64,000 bases of DNA from an uncultured delta proteobacterium (GTDB taxonomy: Bacteria; Desulfobacterota; Binatia; UBA9968), in contig CAWFJP010000009.1 of assembly GCA_963816145.1 (NCBI GenBank), positions 95,917 through 159,916 on the forward strand. The letters are read 5' to 3'. The notes below the pieces were generated by a model. It saw nothing but the letters and a program-made list of their open reading frames with translations. It was not told the origin of the DNA and did not search any database. The position numbers and the translations under genes were made by a program. Below, piece by piece: positions 29,320 through 38,981 of the stretch. Each line of letters starts with the position of its first letter. Within the stretch, counting starts at the first letter, position 1.

Positions 29320-30171
29320 CTAAGCGAATTTCGCGGTTACCACCATTGCCAGATTGCCTTTCCCATCCACCGCCCAGAGAGTGGCGTCCCGGCCGTCGGC
29401 GCTTGGATTGCCATACAGAGTGAACTTGCCGTCGCTGTCATAGACCGAGCGCAGGTTTTGAAAGTCGAAGTTGGTCATGCGCTTGGCCGGCAATTCTCTG
29501 CGGCACATTTCCATTAACAGCTGGGAGATCAGCGAGCTCTGCACCACCAAGCCCGGCAGCTTTTCCACCTTGGTCACGTAATCGCGGTCGTAGTGAATGC
29601 GGTGGCTATTGAAGCGGATCGCCGAGAAGCGGAACAGCAGCGGCGGATTGGGCTCGACGGTCTGGTTCCATTTAGCCGCGCTAGGAATGGCGGGTGAAGT
29701 TTTGGGCGCTGCGTCGGCTCTGGCTTCGCTCAACATGACCGTGTCGCGTTCTTCGACGACGCATAGGCCGCGCGCGGTGGACATGCTGTTGCGCTCGACG
29801 ATGGTCACTTGTTCGCCGCCGTCGTCGATGCGCAGATCGGCGATCTCGGTCTTGCGCGTGACGTCATCACCAATTCGTAAGGGTTCATGAAACGACACGC
29901 GCGTGCCGCCTATTCTTCGTCGCGGTAGCGGGATCGCCGGCATGAAGCCGCCGCCCGCTGCTTGTCCGTCGGTGCGCATTTTGTCCGGCCGGTGCGAGGC
30001 CGGAAACAGTCCGCCGTACCAGCCGGGCGGGATCGCCGCGCCTTTTTCCAGCGGCGGATTCTCCAGACCCAACGTCGCGGCGAACTTTACCATTGTCGAT
30101 GCGGTCACGACATCCGTCGCGCTCTCGCTCTTGCCAATATAGCTTTTGAAGCTCTCAAGCGATTCAGCCAT
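29320..30171 (-). CDS. Double hot-dog acyl-CoA hydratase (HTD2/mesaconyl-C4-CoA hydratase-like)
   Basis: LPRRRIGG and LLFRFSAIRFNSHRIHYDRDY..E..PGLVV. Confidence 0.82.
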   Translation of the reverse strand: MAESLESFKSYIGKSESATDVVTASTMVKFAATLGLENPPLEKGAAIPPGWYGGLFPASHRPDKMRTDGQAAGGGFMPAIPLPRRRIGGTRVSFHEPLRIGDDVTRKTEIADLRIDDGGEQVTIVERNSMSTARGLCVVEERDTVMLSEARADAAPKTSPAIPSAAKWNQTVEPNPPLLFRFSAIRFNSHRIHYDRDYVTKVEKLPGLVVQSSLISQLLMEMCRRELPAKRMTNFDFQNLRSVYDSDGKFTLYGNPSADGRDATLWAVDGKGNLAMVVTAKFA

Positions 30172-30251
30172 TGCCCACCTCCGTGTTTTTGCTTTCGAGT
30201 GCAGCGAATTTCGGTCGTCCTGCGCTTGCTAAATCTATGTGCGCATGAACG

Positions 30252-30542
30252 CTAGCGAGTCCGATTATATGTGTAATCCTCGCGCGCCGTTGTGCCGACG
30301 CGCAGCTCTGCCGGCAGCGGCGGCCGGGTAGTGTTTACCTTGGAATGGACATCCAGAGCCGCTTGGTCGGTCCAGCGTTCGAGGATCACCAGATGGTCAG
30401 GGTTGACGACGCTTTGGAAGACTTCGAATTGTTCGCAACCGGGCTCTTTGACGATGTCTTCGCAGCGGGCTTTGTATAGTTTGCCGAGTTCGCTGCCTTT
30501 GCCGGGTGCCGCGGTGATCGTGACAATGAGTCGAACTGCCAT
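30252..30542 (-). CDS. Antibiotic biosynthesis monooxygenase (ABM)-family protein
   Basis: 96 aa; A.PGK, EPGC.QF, ILERW...ALDVH. Confidence 0.85.
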   Translation of the reverse strand: MAVRLIVTITAAPGKGSELGKLYKARCEDIVKEPGCEQFEVFQSVVNPDHLVILERWTDQAALDVHSKVNTTRPPLPAELRVGTTAREDYTYNRTR

Positions 30543-30660
30543 AGGGTACTCCTTGGTGCGCGGTTAATTGGCGCGTGAATTAATCGGAACAGCGGCGACT
30601 ATCGTCCAAATGGCGTGATGGTGTCAAGACGGAATCTATCACACGGTTGATCAATCGACT

Positions 30661-30878
30661 TTCACCACGAAGAGACTGTGTCGCAATGAGCAAATGCCCC
30701 ACATCTGTCATCCCGAGCGCAGCGAGGGATCTCGTGTTTTCAGCCACATACGAAGAAGAGATTTCTCGGCTTCACCTCGAAATGACAGTTGCGACACAGT
30801 CTGGAAGGCACGAAGGACACGAAGCGCTCGGATCAATAAGATTTCCGAACGTCGTGCTCTTCATGCCTTGATGGTGAA
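30661..30878. mobile_element. Nested miniature element: 14-bp TIR unit containing a GTCATCCCGAGCG-type palindrome, inserted in a CACGAAG repeat
   Basis: TIRs agactgtgtcgcaa (30673-30686) and ttgcgacacagtct (30789-30802); flanks match the uninterrupted element at 29231-29311. Confidence 0.65.
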
Positions 30879-30912
30879 ATGAATACTTACACGACTCCCA
30901 CCCGCGGCTGGA

Positions 30913-31575
30913 TCATTTGCTAGTCAAACTTTGTAGCAGCGGTTCCAATACCTTCCAGACATTGGCGGCGACGATTTCGTGGCCCTTGGCGGTGGGATGG
31001 ATGCCATCAGGCAGATTCAATTCGCGAATGCCGCCGACGTGTTCCAGGACAAAGGGGATGAGCAGGGCGTCGTGCTTTTTCGCCAGGTCCGTGTAGATCG
31101 TGGCGAATTTCTTGGCGTAGTCGGCGCCCATATTGGGAGGCACTTTCATGCCGGCCAATATGATTTTGACTTGCGGGTATTTTGTTCGCGTGAGCTCGAT
31201 GATCGCTTGGAGATTCTCCCGGGTGGTTTCCGGAGGCAGGCCGCGCAGGCCGTCATTGCCGCCGAGTTCCAAGACTAGGATGTCGACTCGCGAGCGCAGG
31301 AGCCAATCCAAACGGTTCAAACCGCTGGCGCTGGTGTCGCCGCTTTGGCCGGCGTTGACGGTTCGGAACGGCCACTTTTTGGCGTCGATCTTTTCTTGGA
31401 TCAGCGCGGGGTAGGCTTGCGACGGTTCCAGGCCGTAGCCGGCGGTGATGCTGTCGCCAAGGAACAGAATGTTCTTTGGTTGAGGTGCCGCGGCGGTGAG
31501 GCCTATCAAGAAGCAAAAAAACAAGCCGACCTGTCCGAGGTTCAAACTTCTCAAACTGTGTTGTGTCGCCATCAT
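30913..31575 (-). CDS. tesA: SGNH/GDSL arylesterase or acyl-CoA thioesterase I (TesA-like)
   Basis: FLGDSITAGYG, NAGQSGDTS, ELGGNDGLRG, DGIHP; divergent from a ybbA-like gene. Confidence 0.88.
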   Translation of the reverse strand: MMATQHSLRSLNLGQVGLFFCFLIGLTAAAPQPKNILFLGDSITAGYGLEPSQAYPALIQEKIDAKKWPFRTVNAGQSGDTSASGLNRLDWLLRSRVDILVLELGGNDGLRGLPPETTRENLQAIIELTRTKYPQVKIILAGMKVPPNMGADYAKKFATIYTDLAKKHDALLIPFVLEHVGGIRELNLPDGIHPTAKGHEIVAANVWKVLEPLLQSLTSK

Positions 31576-31662
31576 ATTAGTTCTAAATTCGCTCTACTTA
31601 GTTTACAATTGCTTCGACGCGGAGCGTTTCGATTCGTTTACTTTCGTCTAAGTGCAACCGGC

Positions 31663-32373
31663 ATGAGCACCGACAATATCCTAACAGTAGAGCATTTAAG
31701 TAAGGAATTTAAGAGCGGCGACGACACGGTTCACGTCTTGAGCGACGTCTCGTTTGCCATCGAACGCGGTACAAGCTGTGCCGTTGTCGGCCCTTCGGGC
31801 AGTGGCAAGACGACTTTGATCGCCATCTGCGCCGGTCTGGAGCGGCCGAGCCAGGGCGCTGTGGAATTCGACGGCGTAGCCTTGCACAAGGGGAGCGAAG
31901 AGCAGTTAGCCCGCATCCGCAACCAATCCATCGGCTTTATCTTTCAAAGCTTTCAACTGCTGCCATCGCTGACGGCTTTGGAAAACGTCATGGTGCCGGC
32001 GGAGATCAGTGGCGAACGCATGGTGCGGGCGAGCGCGCTCGAGCTGCTCGGCCGCGTTGGCCTGCGCAATCGCATGTATCATTATCCCATGCAGCTTTCA
32101 GGTGGCGAGCAGCAGCGGGTGGCGATCGCCCGGGCGTTCATGAATCAGCCGAAGATATTGTTTGCCGACGAACCGACCGGAAATCTCGATGCGGAGACCG
32201 CCGAGAGCATCGTCAAGCTAATCTTTAACCTGAACTCGATGAACCGCACGACGCTAATTCTCGTCACCCATGATCGCGAACTCACCGAACAAGCCGGCCG
32301 GGTGATCACTCTTAAGGCCGGGCGCTTGGCGTCCGACGTGAGTAAGGCCGAGCATGCGCTTGGCATCAATTAA
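31663..32373 (+). CDS. ybbA: ABC ATP-binding protein, YbbA/LolD-like
   Basis: GPSGSGKTT, QSFQLLPSLTALENV, LSGGEQQRVAIARA, ADEPTGNLD; tesA/ybbP synteny. Confidence 0.88.
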   Translation: MSTDNILTVEHLSKEFKSGDDTVHVLSDVSFAIERGTSCAVVGPSGSGKTTLIAICAGLERPSQGAVEFDGVALHKGSEEQLARIRNQSIGFIFQSFQLLPSLTALENVMVPAEISGERMVRASALELLGRVGLRNRMYHYPMQLSGGEQQRVAIARAFMNQPKILFADEPTGNLDAETAESIVKLIFNLNSMNRTTLILVTHDRELTEQAGRVITLKAGRLASDVSKAEHALGIN

Positions 32374-32381
32374 GCCCGCCG

Positions 32382-34919
32382 ATGATCACCTTTTGGAAAC
32401 TCTGGGTGTGGCGCATGGCCTATCGCGACAGCCGGCGCGGCTTATTCCGTTTGTTGCTGTCGATGTCGTGCGTGGTTTTGGCGGTGGCATTGGTGGTGTT
32501 GGCGTTTTCCTTCCGCGAAAATTTGCTCGCCAGCATTCAATCCCAGTCTAAAAGTTTGCTGGGCGCGGATCTCGCTCTCGACAGCCGTGAAGCTTTTTCC
32601 AAGGACGATGAAAAGCTAATTCATTCTCTGGGCGGCGATCAATCGCGACAGGTTGGCTTCACCTCGATGGTCACTTTTTCGGCCAACGGCGACTCGCGTT
32701 TGGTGCAGGTGCGGGCGATTGGCGGCCGATTTCCCTACTACGGTGCGTTGGAGACGGTGCCGGCGCTCTCGCTCGAATCGTTTCATGCCGGCGCCAATGC
32801 CTTGGTGGATGAGAATGTGCTGTTGCAGTTCAACGCCAAGGTCGGCGACGGCATCAAACTCGGCGATCAGGAGTTCCGCATCGTCGGCAGTCTGCGCAAG
32901 ATCCCGGGCGAGTCTTTGGCGTTCTCGTTGATAAGCCCACGAGTTTATATTTCGCTGGGTTATCTCGACCGAACAAAACTGATCCAGAGGGGCAGTGTGG
33001 TGCGCTACCGCGTGTTCTTCAAGTTCGCCGACGGAACCCAGGTCGAGCGCATCGTCAGAGAGATCGCGCCGCAACTGCAACGCTTGAACTTGGAAGCCGA
33101 TACCGTCAGCAAACGCACCCAGTCGATCGCCGCCAACATGGAGAACCTATCGCGATTCCTGCGCTTGGCGGTGTTTGTCGCCGTGCTGCTCGCCGGTATC
33201 GGCGTCGCCAGCGTGACCTATGTTTACGCCAAGGAAAAGGCTCAAGCTGCGGCGCTGTTGCGCTGCATCGGCGCCCGGCCGCGGGAAACCGTTTCGGTTT
33301 ATTTGTTGCAGTTACTTTTCCTAACCATTGTCTGCTCGGCCGCGGGCGTCGGCTTGGGTGTGTGGGCGCAGTCCTATTTGCCGTCGGTGTTAAAGGATTT
33401 TCTGCCGGTGGCGCCGGTGATCGAGATTTCGCCCCTGGGGATTGCCGCCGGGGTCGTCATCGGCATGACGACGGCGTTCTTGTTCTCTCTGTTGCCGTTA
33501 ATATCCTTGCGGCGCGTCTCGCCGCTGATGGCGTTGCGCGCTTCCTACGACGAAGAACCGCGGGCCAGAGATCCGCTGGTGATTTTTATCGTAATCTTGA
33601 TCGCGCTGTTGGTGTTGGCTTTCGCCAGCGCAACCCTCGGCAGCTGGCGGCAGGGTGCAGTGTTTTCCGGCGCGGTGGTGTTAGTGTTCGTATCGCTCGC
33701 CATCCTGGCACGCGTCGGCGCGCTGGTCATGCGCCAGATGGCGCCGCGCTTCCTAACTTTTTCTTGGCGCCAAGGGCTGGCCAACTTGCATCGTCCGAGT
33801 AACCAGACCGCCGCGGTGATGTTGGCGATCGGCCTTGGAACCTTTCTCTTGGTCGCCTTGCACGGCGCGCAGAATATGCTGCTGCGTCAGGTCGATCGGC
33901 GCATCGGCCAAAACGAGCCTAATCTGGTTCTTTTCGATGTTCAGAACGGGCAGCGCAAAGGCATTGGCGAATTGTTGTCCCGCTTCGAGATCCCGCGCCA
34001 TGCCGAAGTGCCGATCGTCACCATGCGCCTAACGGCGGTCAAAGGGCGTCGGGTCGAAGAAATCCGCGCCGACGAGACCGCGAAAATTCCTCGCTGGGCG
34101 TTGCGCCGCGAGTACCGCTCGACTTACCGCGGTGCGCTGACCGGAACGGAAAAGCTCGTCAAAGGCGATTGGGTCGCCAAGGCGGATGAGCGGGTTCAAC
34201 CGACTCCCGTGTCCGTCGAAAAAGGCATCGCCGAAACCCTTGGCGTCGACGTCGGCGACGCTCTCCAGTTTGAAATTCAGGGCGTGCCGATCAATACCTT
34301 GGTCGCCAATTTGCGCGAAGTCGATTGGCAGCGGGTGCAGCCCAATTTCTTCGTGGTCTTTCCGGAAGGCGTATTGGAGAAAGCGCCGCAGTTTTACGCT
34401 GTCGTCGGGCGCGCGCCATCGAGCCAAGCATCGGCGCAGTTGCAGCGTGCCGTGCTGGAGCGTTTCCCCAATGTATCGGCCATCGATTTGAGTCTGATTC
34501 TCAGCACCTTGAACTCGGTCCTCGACCGGGTCGCCGGCGCCATGCGCTTTGTCGCCTGGTTTACGCTTCTCACCGGTTTCACCGTGCTCGCCAGCGCGGT
34601 GCTCGGCAGCCGCGGTCATCGGGTGCGCGAGAGCATTCTATTGCGCACGCTCGGGGCGGCGCGCGGGCAGATCTTCAATTCCATCGTCGCCGAATATGTT
34701 TTCACCGGCGCCATTGCCAGCAGCGCCGGTGCTATTCTCGGCATCTTGGCCAATTGGGGCCTGAGCTACTACTTTTTCGGCACGGCGATATCGATCGCGC
34801 CGCTGCCAGTGCTGGCAATTATTCTCGCCGTTACCGCCGCGACGGTAATCGCCGGCGCGCTGGGCTGTCTCGGCGTGATTCGCCGGCCGGCGCTGGAAGC
34901 GCTGCGTGCCGAAGCCTAG
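32382..34919 (+). CDS. ybbP: FtsX-like ABC permease, YbbP family
   Basis: 845 aa; LLGADL, FPYYG, REVDW...PNFFVVF, LRTLGA. Confidence 0.85.
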   Translation: MITFWKLWVWRMAYRDSRRGLFRLLLSMSCVVLAVALVVLAFSFRENLLASIQSQSKSLLGADLALDSREAFSKDDEKLIHSLGGDQSRQVGFTSMVTFSANGDSRLVQVRAIGGRFPYYGALETVPALSLESFHAGANALVDENVLLQFNAKVGDGIKLGDQEFRIVGSLRKIPGESLAFSLISPRVYISLGYLDRTKLIQRGSVVRYRVFFKFADGTQVERIVREIAPQLQRLNLEADTVSKRTQSIAANMENLSRFLRLAVFVAVLLAGIGVASVTYVYAKEKAQAAALLRCIGARPRETVSVYLLQLLFLTIVCSAAGVGLGVWAQSYLPSVLKDFLPVAPVIEISPLGIAAGVVIGMTTAFLFSLLPLISLRRVSPLMALRASYDEEPRARDPLVIFIVILIALLVLAFASATLGSWRQGAVFSGAVVLVFVSLAILARVGALVMRQMAPRFLTFSWRQGLANLHRPSNQTAAVMLAIGLGTFLLVALHGAQNMLLRQVDRRIGQNEPNLVLFDVQNGQRKGIGELLSRFEIPRHAEVPIVTMRLTAVKGRRVEEIRADETAKIPRWALRREYRSTYRGALTGTEKLVKGDWVAKADERVQPTPVSVEKGIAETLGVDVGDALQFEIQGVPINTLVANLREVDWQRVQPNFFVVFPEGVLEKAPQFYAVVGRAPSSQASAQLQRAVLERFPNVSAIDLSLILSTLNSVLDRVAGAMRFVAWFTLLTGFTVLASAVLGSRGHRVRESILLRTLGAARGQIFNSIVAEYVFTGAIASSAGAILGILANWGLSYYFFGTAISIAPLPVLAIILAVTAATVIAGALGCLGVIRRPALEALRAEA

Positions 34920-35135
34920 CGGCGAGAACATTCTCCGATCGTGATTTCGAGCACCGCGAGAAATCTTACCCGCTCGAGCGTCGGGAACTCATTCCAAACC
35001 GAATCGTCAGCGCGGGTGAATTTCGTGGCGACGCCGGCGATTTCCTGCTAGGTTGCGACTTCATTCCATCGCGAAGTTTTCCATTGCAAATAGTCACTGG
35101 CTGGCGCGGTAAGCTGGCAATAAAGTTTTTATCGC

Positions 35136-35273
35136 ATGTGGGGCAGTGCCCTGGGACCGGTCATCGCCGGTTATTTGTACGACCAGACGCAGAGCTACAG
35201 CACGATCCTCTTGAGCATCGTCGCAACCCTATCGGTCTCGGTGCTGCTGACCGCGCTGTTGATCCAGCCCTAG
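35136..35273 (+). pseudogene. C-terminal remnant of an MFS transporter
   Basis: MWGSALGPVIAGYLYDQTQSYSTILLSIVATLSVSVLLTALLIQP* matches the GPxxAGxxxDxxxSY motif of the last two MFS helices; no upstream body. Confidence 0.7.
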
Positions 35274-35427
35274 AGCATGAAGGCCGCGGCGCAAACGCAC
35301 ATGGCCCCGCTGAGATCCTTGCGGTCTTGATTTCGGTGCGGAGTTTAAAGCATTGAGTTCGAGAAATTGTCGGATTACGATGCAGCGGTTAGTGAATGTA
35401 ATCTAGATTCCAATATGAGGGCTAAAA

Positions 35428-37974
35428 ATGGCTGAATCAAGATCGCATCGCTTACCGACATCGGTTATCCCGGAACGCTATGAGATTCGATTAACCCCCG
35501 ATTTGACCCAGTGGACGTTCGCGGGCGACGTGAAGATTGCGCTTCAAGTAGTCCAAGCGGTAAGCGTGGTCGTTCTAAATGCCGCAGAGTTGTCAATCCA
35601 GTCTGTTTCGATGCGGCGGTCGGATGGCGCGGTGTTGCATGGCAGCGCGCAGTTGGACGATGAAAACGAGCAAGCCGTATTGAGCTTCCCAGAAACCTTG
35701 GCGCCTGGGCCGTATTCGCTGCAGATCCAGTTTACCGGTGTGCTCAACGACAAGCTGCATGGCTTTTATCGCAGTGTGTACAAGGGCGCCGATGGCCAGG
35801 ATAAGCCGCTGGCCTCGACGCAGTTCGAGTCGACGGATGCGCGCCGGGCGTTTCCCTGTTGGGACGAGCCGGCTTTCAAAGCGGTCTATCAGGTAACTTT
35901 GGTGGTTGACGAGAGGCTCACGGCGATTTCCAACGCGCGGGTTGTTCGGGAGACGGCGATCGCCGGGACTGGCAAGAAAGCAGTGGTGTTCGCCGATTCG
36001 TTGAAGATGTCGACCTATTTGGTCGCCTTCATCGTCGGCGAGTTCGAAGGCACGTCGCCGGTGACGGTCGATGGCGTACCACTACGAGTCTTGGCCGTAC
36101 CAGGGAAAAAGCAGCTCGCCGATTTCGCGGTTGCTATCGCTAAGGCGTCGCTGGAACATTTCAGTCAATATTACGGCATCGCCTATCCGGGCGATAAATT
36201 GGATCTTATCGCCATCCCCGATTTCGCCTCGGGCGCCATGGAGAATCTTGGCGCCATTACCTTTCGCGAGACCGCACTGTTGGTCGATCCCGAAAAAGCC
36301 ACGCGCGCCGAGCTCGAGCGGGTTGCTGACGTGGTCTCCCATGAAAATGCCCATATGTGGTTCGGCGATCTGGTGACGATGCAGTGGTGGAATGGCTTGT
36401 GGTTGAACGAGGCGTTCGCGACTTTCATGGAGATGCTCGCGGTGGACGCCTGGAAGCCCGAGTGGCGCCGTTGGGATAGCTTTGCGGTGTCGCGCGCCGC
36501 AGCCATGCAGGTCGATGGTCTCAAGAGCACTCGGCCCATCGAGTTCCCAGTCGAGAAACCGGAAGAAGCGGCCGGCATGTTCGACGTGCTGACCTACGAA
36601 AAAGGCGCGTCGGTGCTGCGCATGCTAGAGCAGTACCTCGGCGCGGCAAAGTTCCGTGACGGCATCAGACTTTATTTGAAGAAGCATGCTTACGGCAATG
36701 CCGAGACCACCGATCTTTGGGATGCTTTGGAGGAGTCGACAAAAGAGCCGGTGCGCGCCTTGATGGATACCTGGATCTTCCAACCGGGCTATCCGCTGAT
36801 CAGCGTCGAGCAATCCGGTGGAACCATCCGCATTTCGCAACAAATCTTTCGCTACCTGCACGACGGTAGCGACCGCGAGCGCAGCTGGCATGTCCCGGTT
36901 TTCTTGCGTGCGGGGACAAAGGCCGGCGTGGTTAACCGGACATTGTTGCTGACTGAAAAGGAGCAGACAGTCGAACTCGGCGAGCCGGCCGATTGGCTGG
37001 TGGTGAACGCCGGCGCCCACGGCTTTTACCGTGTCCGTTACAGCCAAGAACTGCTTACGGCACTGCGCCAGGGTATTATGGCTCACTTGAGTCCGGTGGA
37101 ACGCTTCGGTTTGGTGAGCGACGCATGGGCTGCGACTCTGGCCGGGTTTGTTTCACTGACAGACTATCTTGAGCTGATCGACCAGCTGGCCGGCGAGACC
37201 GATGTCAATGTGTGGGCGACGATGATCGCATCGTTCCATCAGTTGCAGCGTATTCTCGATGACGCTCAGTGTGAAAGGCTGGCAGATCGGCTAGAAGCGG
37301 TTTTATCGCCGGCTGTGGCGCGCCTTGGCTGGATGGTGCGTCCCGGTGAGGGCGAGTTGGAAAGCCAATTGCGCGGCGATTTGATCGGCGCCCTTGGCAT
37401 CCTCGCTAACGATGCGGCGACCCAAGATCATGCAAGGGTGTTGTTTGCGGATTACGAGAAGAATAGCGAATCGGTGGATCGCAATGTGATCCCCGCGTTA
37501 GTGGCAATCCTATCGCATACCGGCGGCAGGGCCGAATTCGAGAAATTCTTTGCGCGATTTGAACACGCTCAAACCCCGCAGGAGGAGACTCGCTATCTGT
37601 TTGCTCTAGCAAATTTTGCCGAAGCCGGGCTTATCGATCGGACTTTGGAATTGACGATCAGCGGCGCCGTGCGCACGCAGAACGCGCCCTATCTGATGCG
37701 CGGTATGCTGCTCAACAAGCATGCTCGTGACCGGGCTTGGTCATTCCTGAAAACCCACTGGAATGACATGAATCGGCAGTATCCCGACAACGCGATCCCG
37801 CGCATGTGCGAAGGTGTCATCGGTCTGGTCACACCCGAACTGGAAAAAAACGTAATTAACTTTTTTTCCGCCCATCCGGTGAAGCAGGGGAGTAAGCAGA
37901 TCGAACAACATCTCGAACGATTGCGCGTCTCGGTGGCCTGTCAGGAGCGTTGGCGAAGTTTCCTACGCAACTAG
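35428..37974 (+). CDS. pepN: M1 family aminopeptidase (PepN/puromycin-sensitive type with ERAP1_C domain)
   Basis: ARRAFPCWDEP, GAMEN, HENAH...WLNE, YEKG. Confidence 0.93.
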   Translation: MAESRSHRLPTSVIPERYEIRLTPDLTQWTFAGDVKIALQVVQAVSVVVLNAAELSIQSVSMRRSDGAVLHGSAQLDDENEQAVLSFPETLAPGPYSLQIQFTGVLNDKLHGFYRSVYKGADGQDKPLASTQFESTDARRAFPCWDEPAFKAVYQVTLVVDERLTAISNARVVRETAIAGTGKKAVVFADSLKMSTYLVAFIVGEFEGTSPVTVDGVPLRVLAVPGKKQLADFAVAIAKASLEHFSQYYGIAYPGDKLDLIAIPDFASGAMENLGAITFRETALLVDPEKATRAELERVADVVSHENAHMWFGDLVTMQWWNGLWLNEAFATFMEMLAVDAWKPEWRRWDSFAVSRAAAMQVDGLKSTRPIEFPVEKPEEAAGMFDVLTYEKGASVLRMLEQYLGAAKFRDGIRLYLKKHAYGNAETTDLWDALEESTKEPVRALMDTWIFQPGYPLISVEQSGGTIRISQQIFRYLHDGSDRERSWHVPVFLRAGTKAGVVNRTLLLTEKEQTVELGEPADWLVVNAGAHGFYRVRYSQELLTALRQGIMAHLSPVERFGLVSDAWAATLAGFVSLTDYLELIDQLAGETDVNVWATMIASFHQLQRILDDAQCERLADRLEAVLSPAVARLGWMVRPGEGELESQLRGDLIGALGILANDAATQDHARVLFADYEKNSESVDRNVIPALVAILSHTGGRAEFEKFFARFEHAQTPQEETRYLFALANFAEAGLIDRTLELTISGAVRTQNAPYLMRGMLLNKHARDRAWSFLKTHWNDMNRQYPDNAIPRMCEGVIGLVTPELEKNVINFFSAHPVKQGSKQIEQHLERLRVSVACQERWRSFLRN

Positions 37975-38193
37975 CGGCGCGGTTGGCGGGTGAACGGGAT
38001 TCGCGTACCAGTTGTGCGGCTATTGCGCTGCGGTAGGGTGATGCTCCATCTGATACGCGATCAAGGGATATTTTAGACCATTGTGAGCGCCAACATTTTG
38101 CTGATCAAGTGCTCGATCTAAGATTCATTTCATCTGTAAAATTAGTTGCTTAGGGCCGTTGTTTCGGGTCGGTGAAAAGTTCAATAAATTCCC

Positions 38194-38223
38194 TTGACAA
38201 GCCAAGTGAGTAAATGCTAACTA
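38194..38223 (+). promoter_or_regulatory. Probable sigma70 promoter overlapped by a TetR-type operator; possibly leaderless
   Basis: TTGACA at 38194, imperfect palindrome agtgagtaaatgctaact, ATG at 38230 with no RBS. Confidence 0.5.
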
Positions 38224-38229
38224 ACCAGA

Positions 38230-38919
38230 ATGAGCAACGCTCCCAGGCTGACTGCTGAGGCGCGCCGCGAGGCGATCGTCGAAGCGGTTCAGGACATCTT
38301 CGCGGAAAAGGGTTTCGACGGCACGACGATCAAGGAGCTGGCCCATGCGGCGGGGGTCTCAGAGGCATTGCTGTATAAGCATTTCCCCAGCAAGGAGTCG
38401 CTGTATCACGCGATGCTCGACGCTTGCGCGAAGGGCCCGACGTTCGCCGAAGCGAGCCGCATCCTTGAGTTTGAGGCTTCGACGTCGACATTGGTGGTGA
38501 TGGTCCATTTCATGATCTCCCACTATGTGCTTGGCCGGCCGGGCGACACCCATCGGGCGGCGCTCAACTCGTTGCTGATGCGCAGCTTACTTGACGACGG
38601 CGAGTTAGTACGCTTGATGCACAAGAAACTCGCCGCAGCCTGGCTGAAGAAATTCGAGGCCTGTCTGCAAGCTTCGGCAAAGTCGGGTGAATTGAACGAT
38701 GTGCCGATTCGCAAAGATATTTGCGTTTGGTTCGTCCAACATGTGGCTTTCTCCTTGATGCTGCACCTGCGGCCCAAGGTGCCGGCGGTCAACTACAAAG
38801 TCTCGCGCGAGGAGTTGGTGTCCCAAGCGACCTGGTTCGCGCTTCTAGGGATCGGCCTCAAAGAGGACGCGGCGCGCCGTTATTATAGTCCGAAGGCTCT
38901 ACAGTTACTGGCAAGTTAA
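38230..38919 (+). CDS. TetR/AcrR family regulator
   Basis: FAEKGFDGTTIKELAHAAGVSEALLYKHFPSKESL helix-turn-helix. Confidence 0.92.
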   Translation: MSNAPRLTAEARREAIVEAVQDIFAEKGFDGTTIKELAHAAGVSEALLYKHFPSKESLYHAMLDACAKGPTFAEASRILEFEASTSTLVVMVHFMISHYVLGRPGDTHRAALNSLLMRSLLDDGELVRLMHKKLAAAWLKKFEACLQASAKSGELNDVPIRKDICVWFVQHVAFSLMLHLRPKVPAVNYKVSREELVSQATWFALLGIGLKEDAARRYYSPKALQLLAS

Positions 38920-38981
38920 CGGGTGATATCTAATCGATTAAGAGTTTTTATTTATTTCTTTTTTCCAAAGGGGGAGGGGTA

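Noticed and set aside
34325-35356. 343-aa ORF overlapping the end of ybbP
   Set aside because: Arg/Ala-rich off-frame read-through; the real signal in this interval is the MFS remnant in another frame
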